A stretch of DNA of 61,869 nt, counting the filler, from Choristocarpus tenellus KU-1152 (Eukaryota; Protista; Phaeophyceae), in NCBI GenBank assembly GCA_964200185.2. It is 11 parts of 11 records of this genome, joined end to end, with 100 filler letters (N's around TTAATTAATTAA, not from the genome) between each part and the next. Parts side by side here need not be neighbours in the genome. Positions count along the whole stretch, not along the records: positions 10,411 to 18,078 come from CAXNAD020005780.1; positions 18,179 to 23,200 come from CAXNAD020012136.1; positions 23,301 to 33,004 come from CAXNAD020003462.1; 8 more parts are not named here. One strand, given 5' to 3'. Positions 11,183 through 25,439 of this stretch are shown here, piece by piece. The translations under genes were made by a program, and so were the position numbers. The notes under the pieces were generated by a model that did no database searches, was not told the DNA's origin, and worked only from the letters and a program-made list of their open reading frames with translations. Position 1 is the first letter of the stretch. Each line of letters starts with the position of its first letter.

Positions 11183-14100
11183 GCGATATGGTACTGTTCT
11201 CGAAAATGTCAGAAGCTAGACTGGGGAGATCACCGACCAGAGTGCAAGTGCTGGGCCCGGCTTGATCCTGGTGAGTCTCAACTTAAACCAAATCAATGTT
11301 GAATTCTCGCATCCAAACGCTGTGATAATAGAGGGATGGAACTGAGCAGCAGGTGCTCCTGTTTTTCACCCTTGAAAAGTCTCCTCCATAAGGGAATAAC
11401 TGCTTCTCCATTGTACAGAGGAATTTGCTCTCATCACAGAAGTGCTGGTTCCAATGATGTTAGCATGAACAACATTCCATCCGTGCAGTTAATCCAGAGC
11501 ACTGGTGAACCCCCTTGCGATATTGGCAATGGCACCTTCCCCCACATGGACTCCATTGTTGTCTACCTGATTCTCCTCTAAGTCCAATGCATCCTGGTCT
11601 GACACTTACTCTGTTACCAGAGAGTTCGGGCAATACTAACCTAGTAGACAGGAATGGAGTCCATGTGTCAGAAGGTGTCATAGACAATATTGAAGGAGGT
11701 CACCAGTACTGTGGTTTACCTACACGGATAGAACATTGTCCATGCTGTCATCAAGGGAACCAACAATTTCATTGGCTTAATGGGGCTTTCGAAACTTACA
11801 GATTTCAGTATGGCTATGGTCATAGACCCGAAGGTCCACTTGAGGGAGCCAGATCAGGGAATGGATCAGGACTGTAGAACCAAACTAATGCACAGCGTGG
11901 GAGTGTGATGGTGGCGAAGTAATATCCTCACCCAAGAACTATTACAGTGTCTCTTCCAAATATCTACCGATAGCTCTGTATATGTAACTTCCATCTGTAC
12001 ACACCCTGCAGGAGTACACACTGCAATATCTCTATTCCCTTAAAACCATATTCTCCTAATGTTTCTTTCAGCTGGAGCTTCATCGCTTGACTTTTTCCGC
12101 TTTCAAGTTCTCCCTACTTACTTCAGTCTCTCTTGTGTGCTGCCTTACTGTGCTGTTTGCTCCCACTCCTTTGCGATGGCCAATATCACTGGTCTTGGCT
12201 GGTCATGGCTTCTAAATGTGTTACCTGTTCTGGTGCTATGCCTCAATATATGGAACTGCCTTCATCTGCATCCACACCATCCTATGTTCTGTATCTCAAC
12301 CAAACTTCAAATGATACGCCAAAATATCTCATTCTGAGGGTGGTTGGGAAAAAACAGGCCATATCCCGACACGAACGCTCCGTCTTGCATGCAGGGTCCT
12401 AAATGCCATTAACCGGGCAGCACCAAAGTTCAGAAAGAGCAATAGCAGCAGCAGCAGTGTCGACAGCCTTGCCAATGGCAAGATGGTGGATGCCGCAGCA
12501 AAGTCTATTACCATGCAGGAAGTGGAGGATGCAAGAAGAGAGGTGGAAGCTATGGTTGATCACAATGACCGGCGAACTGCAAGACAGAAGGAGCAGTACC
12601 AGGCCATGGCTGCCTTAGTGGGGCGTTGCTGTATTGAGGGATGTGGAAAGAAAGGTGGAGGATTAGATGTGCTTCGCTGGCCGTTGGTCGGAGGTGAAGG
12701 GTTCTCAGGTCTTGTACGAGCCGCTTACGCTACCCTAGGCAAGCTGTCGTGCAATGTGAGAAGGGATTGGAAGGCTGTTGTGATTTGTTCAGCCTCTGAT
12801 TGATGAGCTCTTTTTCCGCTGTCATTGCACCTGCTTATGGGAGGGGGTCGCCAGCATACACAGTTGCAAATGTGGAATTTTTTACAGTCCAATGCCTAGC
12901 ATTACTGCTGATGACCTGCTGGATGATAATTCCTTTATCAGATGTTTATCTACTGTTGTAGGTTCCACCTGTGTACAGTCCTGTTTTCGTGCAGGCAGTG
13001 GTTCTTCTTCCCGGAGAGTACAGAATCCCTTGCAATGAACCCTCTGTGTGCTTTGCTTTGGTAGTATTAATGCATGCGTTCCCTTTCCCCTACCTTCCCT
13101 GCCCTCTCAGTTTCCCAAACATTCCCATCCAACCTGACCTGTCCTGACCTGACTTGATCCCAATTCACTTTTGTCGAGCCCTGGATACAAACACCCAATT
13201 TGCCCTCATCCCCAAACTTAACCTTCTCTTCATTGTACTACGGGTTGTTGTGTTCATGTCTCTGCCCCACAACCTTGTTAAGGCATTCTCTATCACGGCT
13301 GATGCGGATGGGGGAGAGGTTGGCCTCGGCCTATACCTCCAAGCCTCCACGGTTAACCACTCCTGTGCCCCATCAGCCGTTCAATCCTTTTTGGGAAAGA
13401 CCTTATTTGTACACTGTGTCCAGCCAATCTATGAGGGGGAGGAGGTAACCCTGGGAACCACAGAGCTTGGTCGCCCCAGGGCAATTCGCCAAGATGCCCT
13501 CCGCACTGACTACTTTTTCGAGTGTTGTTGCCAAAGGTGCTGTTTTTCCGGGAGGAGGGCTGGGGTACCCAGGGCTGAGGACCAGGGTAGAGTTGAGTGT
13601 AGTGGCATAGGCCGACGATCTGTGGACTCTGTATCAAGCTGGACTAGTGCTATGCAAAAGTGGCCTGGTGCCGAAGTTGGGGATGAAGTCAAGGGTGTAG
13701 ATGAGGGAGAGATTGGCCACGAAGATTCCTTCCTGGAGGGGTTCCGATGTCCAGTTGATGGTTGCGATGGTTTGTGCATAGAGTGCAGTGGAGGAGGTCA
13801 TGGACACTCTGTTGTGGGGACTGATGGGAGGATCCATGAAAGTAGCAAGGGTTGTAATACTGGTTTTAATCTCAGGGGGGACGGGGAGGAAGTCAACGGG
13901 CTCTCCTGTATCGTATGCAAGGCGAGAAGGTCCGCAGAGGAGGCAAGGCGGGAGGGGTTTGCTGTGGAGGACCTCCTGGAAAAGGGAAAGGCATTGGCAG
14001 CAAGGTCGGGGGCAGTGGGGGGGTCTGAGGGGTTCAAGCAAAGTGTTGTAGAGGCGAGAACATGTCTGGAGGAAGGTCTAGTGAGAGCATTGGCAGTGCT

Positions 14101-16047
14101 CTACCGTGGCAACTGGGTGCTCTCTGAGCTATACTCTGAGCTGGTTAGTGTGTGCTTAGAGCTGGAGGTATGTTTAGTGTTTCCTACATGAACAATTTGG
14201 AGGCTAGATACTCCACCCTCAGTCTCTCTTTTACTGCTGAAGTCTGCATCTCATCTATATCTAGACCCAACTTTCTTTTTTGTGTGTCTGTGTTCTTGTG
14301 TGCTGTGGAATGAGGCATGAGAGAGGAGAGCAATGGGCCAAGTACGGTTGAATGATCCTGTTCTCTAAGAATGAGAGTATGTTATGGTCACTGATTTCAC
14401 AAAGGTGGCTCAGGAAGTGCAGTAGAAATAAAGCAAGCAATCTTGGAGCCACAATCACCGCCTCCACCTCCCACAGGTGTTATTTTGAAAATGCTGTGTG
14501 AAATCCTTTGCGAGTCTAGAGCAGCATTGTTAAGTGCTTGGGTTGTTGTGTTGCATACTTCGTTGAGGTGTCCTTTGTCTTCCGGAGTCAATCTCACAAA
14601 TTGTCTTAACCGTGTCCTTCTTTCCCCCTGCCCCCTTTTGTGTTCTGTTGATAATTGTTGTGGCCAATTTAAGCATCTTTTTGTTGTTGCCCATTTTGTA
14701 AACCATTTTTTAAAGCAGAAATATATGTACTCCAGCTCATGTAAAAGAATATGTTGTATATGAAATGCTGTTGTGTGTGTGTAATTGTACATGCCCTTTT
14801 GGGGTTTTTTCTTGTGCACATAATCGCGTTTTGTTTATCTATTTGCATGCATGTTTTCTGCAAGATTTGCAATTGTTCCATCCATTAAAATACCCAACTT
14901 GTGACTACTTTGTTGTAGAAATATTCTAGGAAAAAGAGTCTGTTCCTCCATAAATGACACAACAGCACCTTCCATGTCTGTTTGTTCAATATACGAAGTG
15001 CAGTGTGTTCTCTGCTACTTTGCCATGCCCAGCTGCTGTCACCATCTTTCATGAAAGGAAAAATTCAACCTTATCAGTAAAAGAAGGGCAGGCAAATATT
15101 GTCTCTCCGATGTTGGGTTTGACATTTTCACCAAAACCGTACCACACACTAGAAACAGTTGTGATTCCAATCAGCACTTGAAACCTCATCATCTTGGCAC
15201 CCCTTTGAATCTAAAATGTCCCTTGTTTTTTTTAAATTGGAAACGTTGTCACACATTGAATGTGCTAACACAGGTTGGATTGCAGTAGCAGTAGTGGGAA
15301 TTCAGTCTCCCTCTAACCGTGAATGAATGAATGAATCCTGAATGATGATGTACAGGACCTAGAAGCAGCTTTGCAGCATGCCCGCGAAGGAATTGCCGTG
15401 CACAGGGCATGCTACCGAACTCTGCTCCCATACTTCCCCCCGATGGCCAATCACTTGAGCATAGCCGGCAAGGTGTGGATTACTACTCTACGTGTGTTCT
15501 TACAGGGCTGTGGAAGTTTGATTGGGCACTTGTGTGGTGGGGGAAGGGGGGAGGGTGGTGGTGGCACAGGTGTTGCCTTGCCAGTATCACATGAATGTGT
15601 TTTCCATCTCTCAAGCTTTTTCAATGTTGTGGTGCCAACATGAGAGTGTTGCTGAGAGGGTTTATGAAGTTGTAAGGAGTGGGCAGAGACTTCAGTATGG
15701 ATGTGGAGAGTGGATCTTGACCTTTTGTTGAGAGGGTAATCAGTCTCTGCCCTGTGCATCTCCTCGTACCCATGTCCCCCTTAGAAATATTGCCATTGTT
15801 GTTGCCATACCTCTACCCCTTTTTGACTCCCTTATACACCACCTATTTCTTGCCCCTCTTCAAACTCTCATCATCTCCACCTTTGTCCTCATTGCGGCAG
15901 CTCATACTTTGTGTCCAAGGTTCCCCTGCGGCTGCATATCCCCTTCTAGTGGAGGCAATAATGATCTTAGAGGTCACTCATGGGGAGAAACACCGTCTAT
16001 GTAGAGAGGTTAGGGAGTTAGCAGAGCAGGCCAGGCATGGAGGGTGA
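11183..16047 (+). CDS. SMYD-family SET and MYND domain protein, 5'-partial. Exons 11183-11270, 12395-12755, 13283-14167, 15356-15472, 15901-16047; one small exon between the first two is unresolved
   Basis: MYND half (WYCSRKCQKLDWGDHRPEC). KLSCN|AFSI joins across a GT-AG intron. GLGLYLQASTVNHSCAP, post-SET YFFECCCQRC, and a TPR-like C-terminus (AIMILEVTHGEKHRL) ending in TGA. Phases are consistent from exon 2 onward. Confidence 0.88.
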
Positions 16048-16989
16048 TGCCAATGGAGTGTATGTGTATTGGTTATTTGGGGATTGCAGGTCGTTGAGAC
16101 ATGTAGTGCTTATGGATGAAACCATTGTAAGAGGAGGGTCGAGTTTGACCCTATTGAGTTTCGAGGCCCTTTTGAGCCTTTGAGCAAAATACACCATGCC
16201 CATGCCTAAAATGTAGTTACCCCCTTTCAGAAGGGTGTGAATGTAGACGATAAGATTAACTGTGAATGAAATGTTAGCTGAAAGCATCTTTGAAAGCACT
16301 CTAACACCCTCACTTCAAGGCTGTTCTTTGATCCGTTAAAACTCAATGACACCTCCCTTTTCACATGGTACCACTCTATGGATGAAGCTCGTTTATCGTT
16401 GTAGATATCACAGGTGGACACGTTTATTGTATGATGCCTTGGAGCCTACTTGCTGTTAAGCAATCTCAGTGCGATAATAGCTACACTAGACCAAGTTAAG
16501 AAGAAGATTTTGATATGAATCCCTCCATTGATGTGTACGGAGTTTACACCACCACAGTGGTTTAAACAGTACGGGTGTGTATTGCCACGTTGGTTTTGTT
16601 CCTCTCTGCCATGTTCTACTTTGATTATTGCTCTGTTTCCAAGTATTTATGAATTCTTTGGTGTTGTTACGTAGTCCTATGCACTGCTGATCTCTCTGGA
16701 GTGCATGTGTTAGATCTTGTGTTGCTGGGGCTGAAGTAGGGTTGGGTGGGGCTGGGGGAGTGCTTTTCGAAATTCTCGTCCCTTGGGCTTTTTGTTGATC
16801 TATCTCTCAGTGATTCTTTGGTCAATACTTCTCTTGGTACTGCCACCACCTTTTGAAGGCTTGGACTAAATTGTGTCATACACTTCGGAATAAGGAGCAA
16901 ATATCTCAAACGCTTTTACAAGCCATTTTATGTTTTTGGTGTGGATTTCTTGCGTTTTTTTCTCCATTGTGTGTATATTTTTGTGCCTG

Positions 16990-18078
16990 GTTAGTTGACG
17001 ATCTGTAATCCATGAGTATGTCACCTAGAATTTGCCTACAATCAGTAGGCGACATGTGGCATTGCTTGACACTGTTGACATGACAAAATACCCTTCCATG
17101 AAAACTTAGTTGACTTTTCTACCAATTATGCTTACGGGTGGAAACTAGCCTTGGCATTCCAAGTCCTAGAGGCTTGCTTTAAACCATGCAGGGAGCTGTG
17201 AAGGCATCCGGTCGTATAGGAGATATCCCCACATTCCTGTCGGAGGCACATGTACACTTCCTCATTGAGGTCAGATTGAACAAAGGCCTGCTCGACATCC
17301 AGGTGCCACATCCCCAGGTCCAACTCAAGGCCATACTGGCCGTTAGCCTAACCACTGCGGTGGAAGGTGTTGGGGCAGAGTTTTCAAAGTAAACAACGCC
17401 ATACTCGTGACCAAAACCTTGAGCAACTAGCCTAGCCTTTACCCCACCGAATATACCAAAATAGTCATCCTTCTATTTGAACACGCACTTGGAACAAATA
17501 GCCTTGCGCCCTGAAGGTACATCTGTAAGACCGAAGGCACCTGTGTCCAATAAACCAACTCCTTAGGTGTAACATCTTCCCATACTGACCTGTATTCAGA
17601 CTTTCGGGTCTCAGCATGAGACTGTGGGGTTGGTTCCACCTCGAATGCTGATTATAATGCTTCGCAATGCTTTTCCGGATACAGAAACAAGACGACCATG
17701 AAGAGGGATACATATCAACACAGACTTGGCCGTGGAATGTACAGCCAGGACATAAGCAACACGTTTCCTCTTTACACTAGCAATGAGAGACATTTCATCA
17801 CCAACCCCTGCACTCCCTTCAACTCTGGCATGTGTTTCCTGTCTAGTCCTTCCTAACTCACTGCAAAGTTCACGGACTGGATTGGGAAGAGTGTCTTCCA
17901 GCTGGCGAGCCGCAGTACAGGCAGTTGTTGGGTCAGCACCTTCCTGAGGCAAGTGCTGTGAACTCAAGGATTAGACATATCCTATATTCCACCACCTTGG
18001 GTAGTGTCTCTGGACAGACTCATGTCAACCTGACCTCCCTCCCCATCACCAGGGGAAGGGTCAACAGCCAGATCCTTC
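16990..18078 (-). mobile_element. Ty1/Copia LTR retrotransposon pol (RVT_2) remnant
   Basis: KARLVAQGF, HLDVEQAFVQSDLNEEVYM, LHGLKQASRTWN, and an upstream EPTPQSHAE linker. Frameshifted. Confidence 0.92.
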
Positions 18079-18178
18079 NNNNNNNNNNNNNNNNNNNNNN
18101 NNNNNNNNNNNNNNNNNNNNNNTTAATTAATTAANNNNNNNNNNNNNNNNNNNNNNNNNNNNNNNNNNNNNNNNNNNN

Positions 18179-18251
18179 CCCCAAAATGGTGACGTGAAAA
18201 AACTGACCCCAAATGGACAGTCGCCACCCCCCCCCCGTGATACTTTGAGCC
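18179..18251. mobile_element. MITE family A end at a contig start
   Basis: gaccccaaatggacagtcgccacccc...gatactttgagcc. Confidence 0.8.
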
Positions 18252-21200
18252 TTTCTTGTGAAAGAGACTAGAAGTTTCACGGAGAGATAAAGCTTGCGAT
18301 ATCCTGAAAGATCAATGGGTTACAGCTATGGTGAAATGTACCTTGTTTGTGGAAGAACCCTTCCTGGCAATGGCAGCTGGGTAGCTTGGCCTTCAGAGGT
18401 CTAATGCATGCGAAAATCGTGACATTTGCTGCACATGAAGTTTGTTCTTTAGGTTCAAAACCCATTTTCTTTGGTTTCACCAACCTTTCAGGTGTTCATT
18501 TGCTTTGTGTCAACACACTCCTGTCGTTGTGAAGTTAGGCAACAGTAATTTGACTGCTGGATCAGGGTGGGCAATGTTGCTGCATGTGGAGCAGTGCGAA
18601 CTGAAGCTGAGATGTGATGAGCAAAGAGGGGCAATGATGCCATCCAGGGGAATTTGGAACTCTTAGAATTCAAACTAGACTGGCAGAGTACTGGAAAATG
18701 ACACGCATTTACGAAAAGCGAGATTAATTACCATTTATCACCTCTAAGGGAACTAGAAGCAAGGAGAAAAAAATGTCTATCCTGGGTGACCCTTTCCAAA
18801 TCGGTACCGACCCATCATCCCTCCTCATTCCACCATCATAACCTGCCGAAATTGGACATGTTTCTGTCGACTTTTCAAAGATTGCATTGAGGCGAGAACT
18901 CCTGGATGGGCGCCAAAACCAGGAACGTGAAAAAATGAATGAAGTTCTCACTGACCTCAGACTTAGGGAGGCAAGGTCGAGGACCAACACGATGGGCATG
19001 TGAGTGGAAAAAATATACTTGGAGGGAAACCAAAACGCTTGCTTATATGCTTGGTTTTACAAATATGAGGTGGTAGAATTGGGCTTTTGTGTCTTAACAA
19101 TAGGTCATGCAATGCCTGGTTCTGCACAGATCATAGCTACAGATGGTTAGTTTGTTAGAGTTGTGGGATGAGGTTAGATAGAGAGTCATGGTTTGGCGAT
19201 AGTGGCAAGCGGTTTGTAGCATTTCCAATAGTTACGATCTGAACGACAACCCTTTAACCAGTATGTTTCCGTCTTGGATATTTTGTCAGGGTGTTTCAAA
19301 ATACGTAAAATATAGAAAAAATCTTGTTGCACGGATCCCAGAATCCTCAAAATAGGATGATGCATCTCATGGGCATAGTTCTTTGGTCAGTTTTATTGAC
19401 CTTAGCACAGGAAGAATCTACAACCAATATTTTTGAAGTGGCAATACGATAACATTCCTTTGCTGAAAGTACATTTCCTCACAGCACATAACAGAAGAAT
19501 GTTTATGAAAAGAAGAGATGTGTTGGAACTTTTTTTTTTGTCATGAAACACTTCTGACCCAACAAAGGGAACTTTGGAGATCCGCCTTTGGCAACTGCGA
19601 CATCCCACGAAATCCAGGCCCTCAGACCTAGGTTGTGTACACACTGGCTATAAGGAATACGCTAGTTGGGTCTTGAAGAGTATATACAGGCTACTGAGAA
19701 ACAAACAAATGACGAAAGGTCAGTGTTTACATTTCTCCCACCAAAAATTGAGGTAAGAAGGTAGCTGTTAATACGTCTAATATCGCGCCTATTTGCCCTG
19801 CAGCTCCAATGACACTTGGAAGGAGTTCATTCCACCACCTTTCCAAAACAGGGGCATTCTTGCCAACCCTTCTGCTGCTCGGCTCCTATTAGGATTTCCC
19901 GAAGAGGTGGAGACTGAAAAGTCAATCCTTGTGGCCCATGGAAGTAGTCCCAAACTAGGTTTGTACGGCCAAATAGGCGCTGACTGATGTACCTAATACA
20001 TGCATGGGCAGTTGATCTTGGGTCGAGAAAACTTCTCCCGACCATTACTATTTCATATCCGGGGAACATGCAGTGCCAAGGACAAGCTCAAGCACACCCT
20101 GGGAAGCATGGTCCATGTGCATCACATGGCACTCAAGAGGAGACCTGAGCTCAGTGTTCATCCATCAGCGCACTGGCAACATCGAGCCCATTTCCACACC
20201 TCTGCAACAGCCTTGCGGGGAGAGCAGCTTGCCAATGCCGTGAAGGTGGGTCGAGGAAGGGGTGAATGGCATTATAGGGTCCCACCCTCCAAGGCATTGC
20301 CTAGGTAAAATAGCAAAGTACCATATTCATGGCCTTCGGGTTCTTCCACCTTTGCTATGTGAAAAAGAGGCTTTCGAGGTTTACAAACTTAAGCTAGTGT
20401 TATCCATGAGGGTAGGATTGATCCGGGTTGTTGTTGTTGTATAGCCCATCATGACAGGAAAATGAAGACAAGCCTTTTGAGGAGTTGCTGTTAGTACTAC
20501 AATGATAAGATGACCCACACGAGAACTAAGTGAACTACTCGTGCTGGCGCTGTGCTTGTAGCACACCATATAGATTATTTTTTTGTGCAGAGGCTTTGGT
20601 GTGTAGGGTATCAAATGATAAAAACGATCAGCATTGGTGGGATGGTATGACTAAGAGTCAGAGTAAACGATAGGTACGTTAGAGTTGCATTTTAAGGATG
20701 CCGTCAAACACGTGAAATATTTGGCTATTTTTACAAATTTGTACAGGATACCTCCTGAATTGTTTAGGAAAAATTTCAAACAGTAAAAAATAAACACTCT
20801 CAAGTCAAACTTAGATCTTCAATAGAAATATGGGTGAACAGCAAAAGATTGAAAACAGACCTAAAGTGCAAAACGACTAAAACCTGGGTACCTCTCGTAT
20901 ACTTCGACTTCAACCTTGAAAATAAACCAACAACGGTATGAAGTATTGAATATACCGTCAGTGGTATATCGATATATTGGTAGTATATACATGTAAACAT
21001 CGTACCATTCTGCCCATCTCCCAAATTCTGGTTGGAGTGAAATCCCTAGCTGAATTTTTTGGGGGGGATATATTGGCACCCTCCCGGTTTGTGTATCCCA
21101 TGAATGCTACTTCTCACACCACCCTTGTAATGTCTCCTTCATTTATAACTTTGGTCTAAAGGGTAAGGCGCAGGGCGATGCTGTGGTTGTTGCCAATCTC

Positions 21201-22442
21201 ACCAACATACACGACTTTGGGGACAGCATGTTGGATGGCACTGTCACACTATACAAGCGGCAGACTACTCTCAAGAGCTAGCTGACAAGAACAAAGACAC
21301 TGATTGGCCATAATAGTCCCACTTTCCTAAGGTTATCACTGTCAAGAAGGTTGTGAAGTGCCTGGTTTTGCCGGTTGAGACTTAAGAAGACCAATTTACG
21401 ACTAGAAGGCCATAAATATCACGATCAATTGGTTGCTTGGGGTGAACCACCTCTCTGATGGTGCACACAAATCTCTCTCAAATTAGAGCGTGGCTTGGCA
21501 TGAGCTCTTGCAGCAAATAAAACCTTAAGCCCTCGAGAACACTGAGTATCTTTTCTCATTCTGCTTCGTGTTCAGTTTGAAACAGTCCATCACCTATGTA
21601 CAAATACAGGAGCGTTGTTTCCGACGGTCACTCAAATATCTTTCCATATTCCAAGGCAAAAAAACAACGAAACAATTAGCAGGTATGGATCAATGCAATG
21701 CCCCCTTGTACAGTGGAGAGAGTCAATGCTTCAGCTGAAACTAAGAAAATCTCAAACAGCTCTTGCCATGGGCGACTTCCCCACAAGAACACGGACACAA
21801 CTACTCTCACAAACTCTTAAGTGACAAAGACAGAAAAGAGCACGGTGGGTTTGGAGAATTCTAGTCAGCAGCACCTAGGTGGCATGCGTACCATAGATGT
21901 CTCCATTATCAAAGGTGCAGATGAAGTTACGACTCAAATGACAACATATTGGCTTGATTGAGACATGTAATCGATTAACACCGTGTGGAGCTTGGTTGGA
22001 ATTACAGAGTGGGATGCCGCATGTGCTTGATTGACCGACTGCAATCCTAACCTAGAAAAATGTACTGAAGAAGAAACCCTTTCATGACTTTCATCATTGG
22101 CCTCAAAACCTCTCAGATTACTCTTAAAAAAAATAGGATCTATTAGAGACCCGAACCCAGAGGAACATCTCATTATTGTGAGTGACTAGAAACACAATAT
22201 AAACATAACAATAAAGGCACGGCATTTTGACACCCTCCACCCCTATGCAGAGTTGTTGACCAATGAGACGCCTCTCTATACCACTATACATTGTAGAGGC
22301 TTTGATTTTGTCTTCCCACAATGGCCGTGGCGGATACACTTTGTAGATTGGAATGAAATTCCCGCCCACCCCATTTCACACGAGGAATCCAACAGTCACT
22401 ATCTCAGGCGCTGATTGATCCCTCAACCAGAAGGAGACAATT

Positions 22443-22518
22443 AGGAACAAGTGGGGAGGATTACCCCAGTTCTATGCCCTAACCGTATAATCCGTGGTTA
22501 CCCTACCCACTTGTTCCT
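22443..22518. repeat. 76-bp foldback or mini-MITE
   Basis: Inverted termini aggaacaagtggggagg ... ccctacccacttgttcct. Confidence 0.7.
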
Positions 22519-22670
22519 GGCTCGAAGTATCTGGGGGTGGGGGGGGGGGGAGGGGTGGCCGCTGTCCATTTGGGGTCAATATTTTTCATGTCGTGATTCT
22601 TGGGTGATTTGATTGCATACGTTGGATGGATAATGTAAATACACTTTTCCTGATTTTGACCCAAATATCT
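22519..22670. mobile_element. MITE family A, truncated
   Basis: ggctcgaagtatctggggg...gctgtccatttggggtc...ggataatgtaaatacactt. Confidence 0.8.
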
Positions 22671-23300
22671 GGGTTTGGTTTAGGACTCATATATCTGGGA
22701 AAGGTTTCCTGCACGATAAAGAGGCACTCATAAAATGGCATCCTAAGCCTTTGGTGTTGGATTTTTGACAGATTACAGATGCCGCAGTCAATAAGTTGAG
22801 TGTTCGAGACTGCTGAGGTAGATGCGGAATGTGTGACTTAGTGAGGTTGTCTCCTAGAGATGCGTTCTGGATGGTGCAGCATTGCATATCCTCATGTCCC
22901 CTTTTCCCAAGTTTTTGAACCTACCCCACATTAGAAATCCTAACCCTAAATATCAAAACTCGCATGGAGCTTGGAACATGATCTGCTCCCCTGTCCTTGG
23001 ATGCTGGATGCAAATAGTCTCGGCATGCAAGAGGCATCGCTTTGACATGCCCAGGGACTCCTTGGTGCCATAGAAATGGTCCCCCAGTATTGGGTGGCCA
23101 ATGGCATTCATGTGAATACGCTTCATCGAGAGAGACCGAGGGCCGGGGCAGGCGGGGGGGGGGAGGGGAGAGGTTACAAACTTGTTGTCACTATTTCAAT
23201 NNNNNNNNNNNNNNNNNNNNNNNNNNNNNNNNNNNNNNNNNNNNTTAATTAATTAANNNNNNNNNNNNNNNNNNNNNNNNNNNNNNNNNNNNNNNNNNNN

Positions 23301-24150
23301 GCCCTTAGTTAGGAAGTCTCTCTCCCATTTACTCACAGTTTCCGACCTGACCATCGCATATCCTGCTACCATCTTGAGCGCCGTTTGACAGTCTTTCCCG
23401 TCGTTCATACACAGGTACAGGATTCGCAGTGTTAGAGCTTTTACTATCATATTTCCTCGTTGAGCGCCGGAAATGGGTTACCTTCTTCGGCCTTCAAAGC
23501 CCTTTTAGCCCAACCCTAACACCTTCTTTCTCGTTTCCTGAGCCACCCTGGCTCACAAACCTCCCAAACAGTCAGGGCCTGTGGCAACTGTCGACTACTA
23601 AGATATCCTACACTCGGGCTTTTGCTTGGGCGTTTCCTGAGTGCAATGGCACGCAGTCGCACTGCTCTCCTCCCCAACCTTCCCTACAGTTGGTCACTCT
23701 GGTTCTCCCTTCACCCACCATGGCCAGCCTTCCCCACAGACTTCGTCACTGTGCCACACCTGGGGATGGACTCGCTGCTCTCTCCTGCTTTCCCGAGGCG
23801 GCAGAGGCTGCAGAGCAGTGCTCCGACGTGGTTGAAGATTCAACCACGTTTGTGTGGCAATGCTTTCAATGCATCTTCTCTCAGGGTCAATGTCGCGGCC
23901 GCGTGGTCCATTGCGCGATTTGATCATGCTGCTGCGGCACAGTACGCGCACTTTCTCATCACCTAACATCGCACCGAATGTCACACGGTACTTGTTTTTT
24001 GGTCGCCTCTCGACCAAGAAGGTGCCGAGGATAGATCGAGGGGGCAGAGTGGCCTCGGTGGCTCTCCTTTTCTCACCGTTGTGGTCCATATTGCTGTGTG
24101 GTTCCCCTGTGTGTGTGTTCACAGAAAGTCTGCAAAAAAGGTGGTAAAAG
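23301..24150 (-). mobile_element. probable DNA transposon 5' ORF remnant with an HTH-like segment
   Basis: ALKMVAGYAMVRSETVSKWERDFLTKG resembles a transposase HTH. Cut off by a linker. Confidence 0.35.
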
Positions 24151-25265
24151 ATGTCCGAGAAACCTGCTTCTTTTTTTGTTCATTATGGCCACACACACAC
24201 CGTAATTTGACAGGGGCCTATTCCGGACCAGGTTTTTGGAAGGAATTCAAGGAACCACTTCATTTTTGTATCTTTTGAGTTTGCGACCATCAAAATTGCG
24301 TGGGAGTTATTCCCCCGCGTTTTTGCCATTCTTTGATCGAGACATAGTTCCCGTTCGCTGGAGTTAGTACATTCTTCCATACATATCTTCAACCCCTCTT
24401 GGCATAAGCATTCATTTGGTATATTATGTTGTTGCATACCTCTCGTGGCAAGAAAGTGAAAAAATGCAAGATTGCCACAGACCGCGAAGCTACTGGTACC
24501 ACTTTACCTTCTGAGGCGTTTAGACGTATTGTCCATTTGTCTTACCTTACGCTGACTTTCTTACACTTTGCTTTCTTATCTACCAATTAACACCTCAATA
24601 CACAACGCAAGGGTATACTCTGTTTTCTATGTGGAATTGGGTCACCGTATCACATCAACATTGGTCCGTCTCCTTTATAGGTTTCCCCTATTCATAAGAT
24701 ATGCCTGAGTGGCAGATACACAGCAGAATTTCCTCAACTGTCAAGTCTTGAAGTCTAGTCCCCTATTTAGGTCTTAATTAGTAAGAATTGCTGCTAGAAA
24801 CCTCCTCGAAGCAGAAGAGGCAGTGCCAAACAAAAACGCACCTCACTATCTTCCAATACCAATAAGATGGCATCTTCATACATGATCCATATATTTGAAG
24901 CTGACTCAAAAGTCCTCCAACCTTCTTCGTGAAGGGTGCTGTGGAGAGGGTGGTGCGCAAATGACCAGGCTAAAGAAACCTTCCTGAAGGCCCTGAGAGG
25001 AGTGGAAAATGGAATGGAAACAACTTTGTGCAGACTCCCAAAATGCCACTTTCAAGAAGGCGTTGAAGACAGGCATAAAATAGCTCTAACAGGTAGGGTG
25101 TCTGCCTTGTTACAGGAGTTTCTTACAGCTAAACCAGGAAGATGGAAATATGCCTTATCCATTGTGGGGACCAAGATGGTTAATATTAATACCTGAAAGG
25201 GACTACAGTAAGGAAGGAGAGCCAGGCAGAGTGTCTCTCAGCACATCCATCTGTTACGGGATGAA

Positions 25266-25427
25266 AGGGGGGTGGCGGCTGTCCATTCAAGGCCCATTTC
25301 ATGTCGCGAGTTTTGGGTGGTTTGGTTGCGTTTGTAGGATAGATAAATTAGGGGCACTTCTCCTGGTCAGGGCCCGATATGACACCCTGGCATAGACCCC
25401 CCCCTGCCCTCCGAGATACTTTGGGCC
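25266..25427. mobile_element. MITE family A
   Basis: ggcggctgtccattc...gacaccctggcatagacccc...agatactttgggcc. Confidence 0.8.
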
Positions 25428-25439
25428 ACGAGTTTGGCC

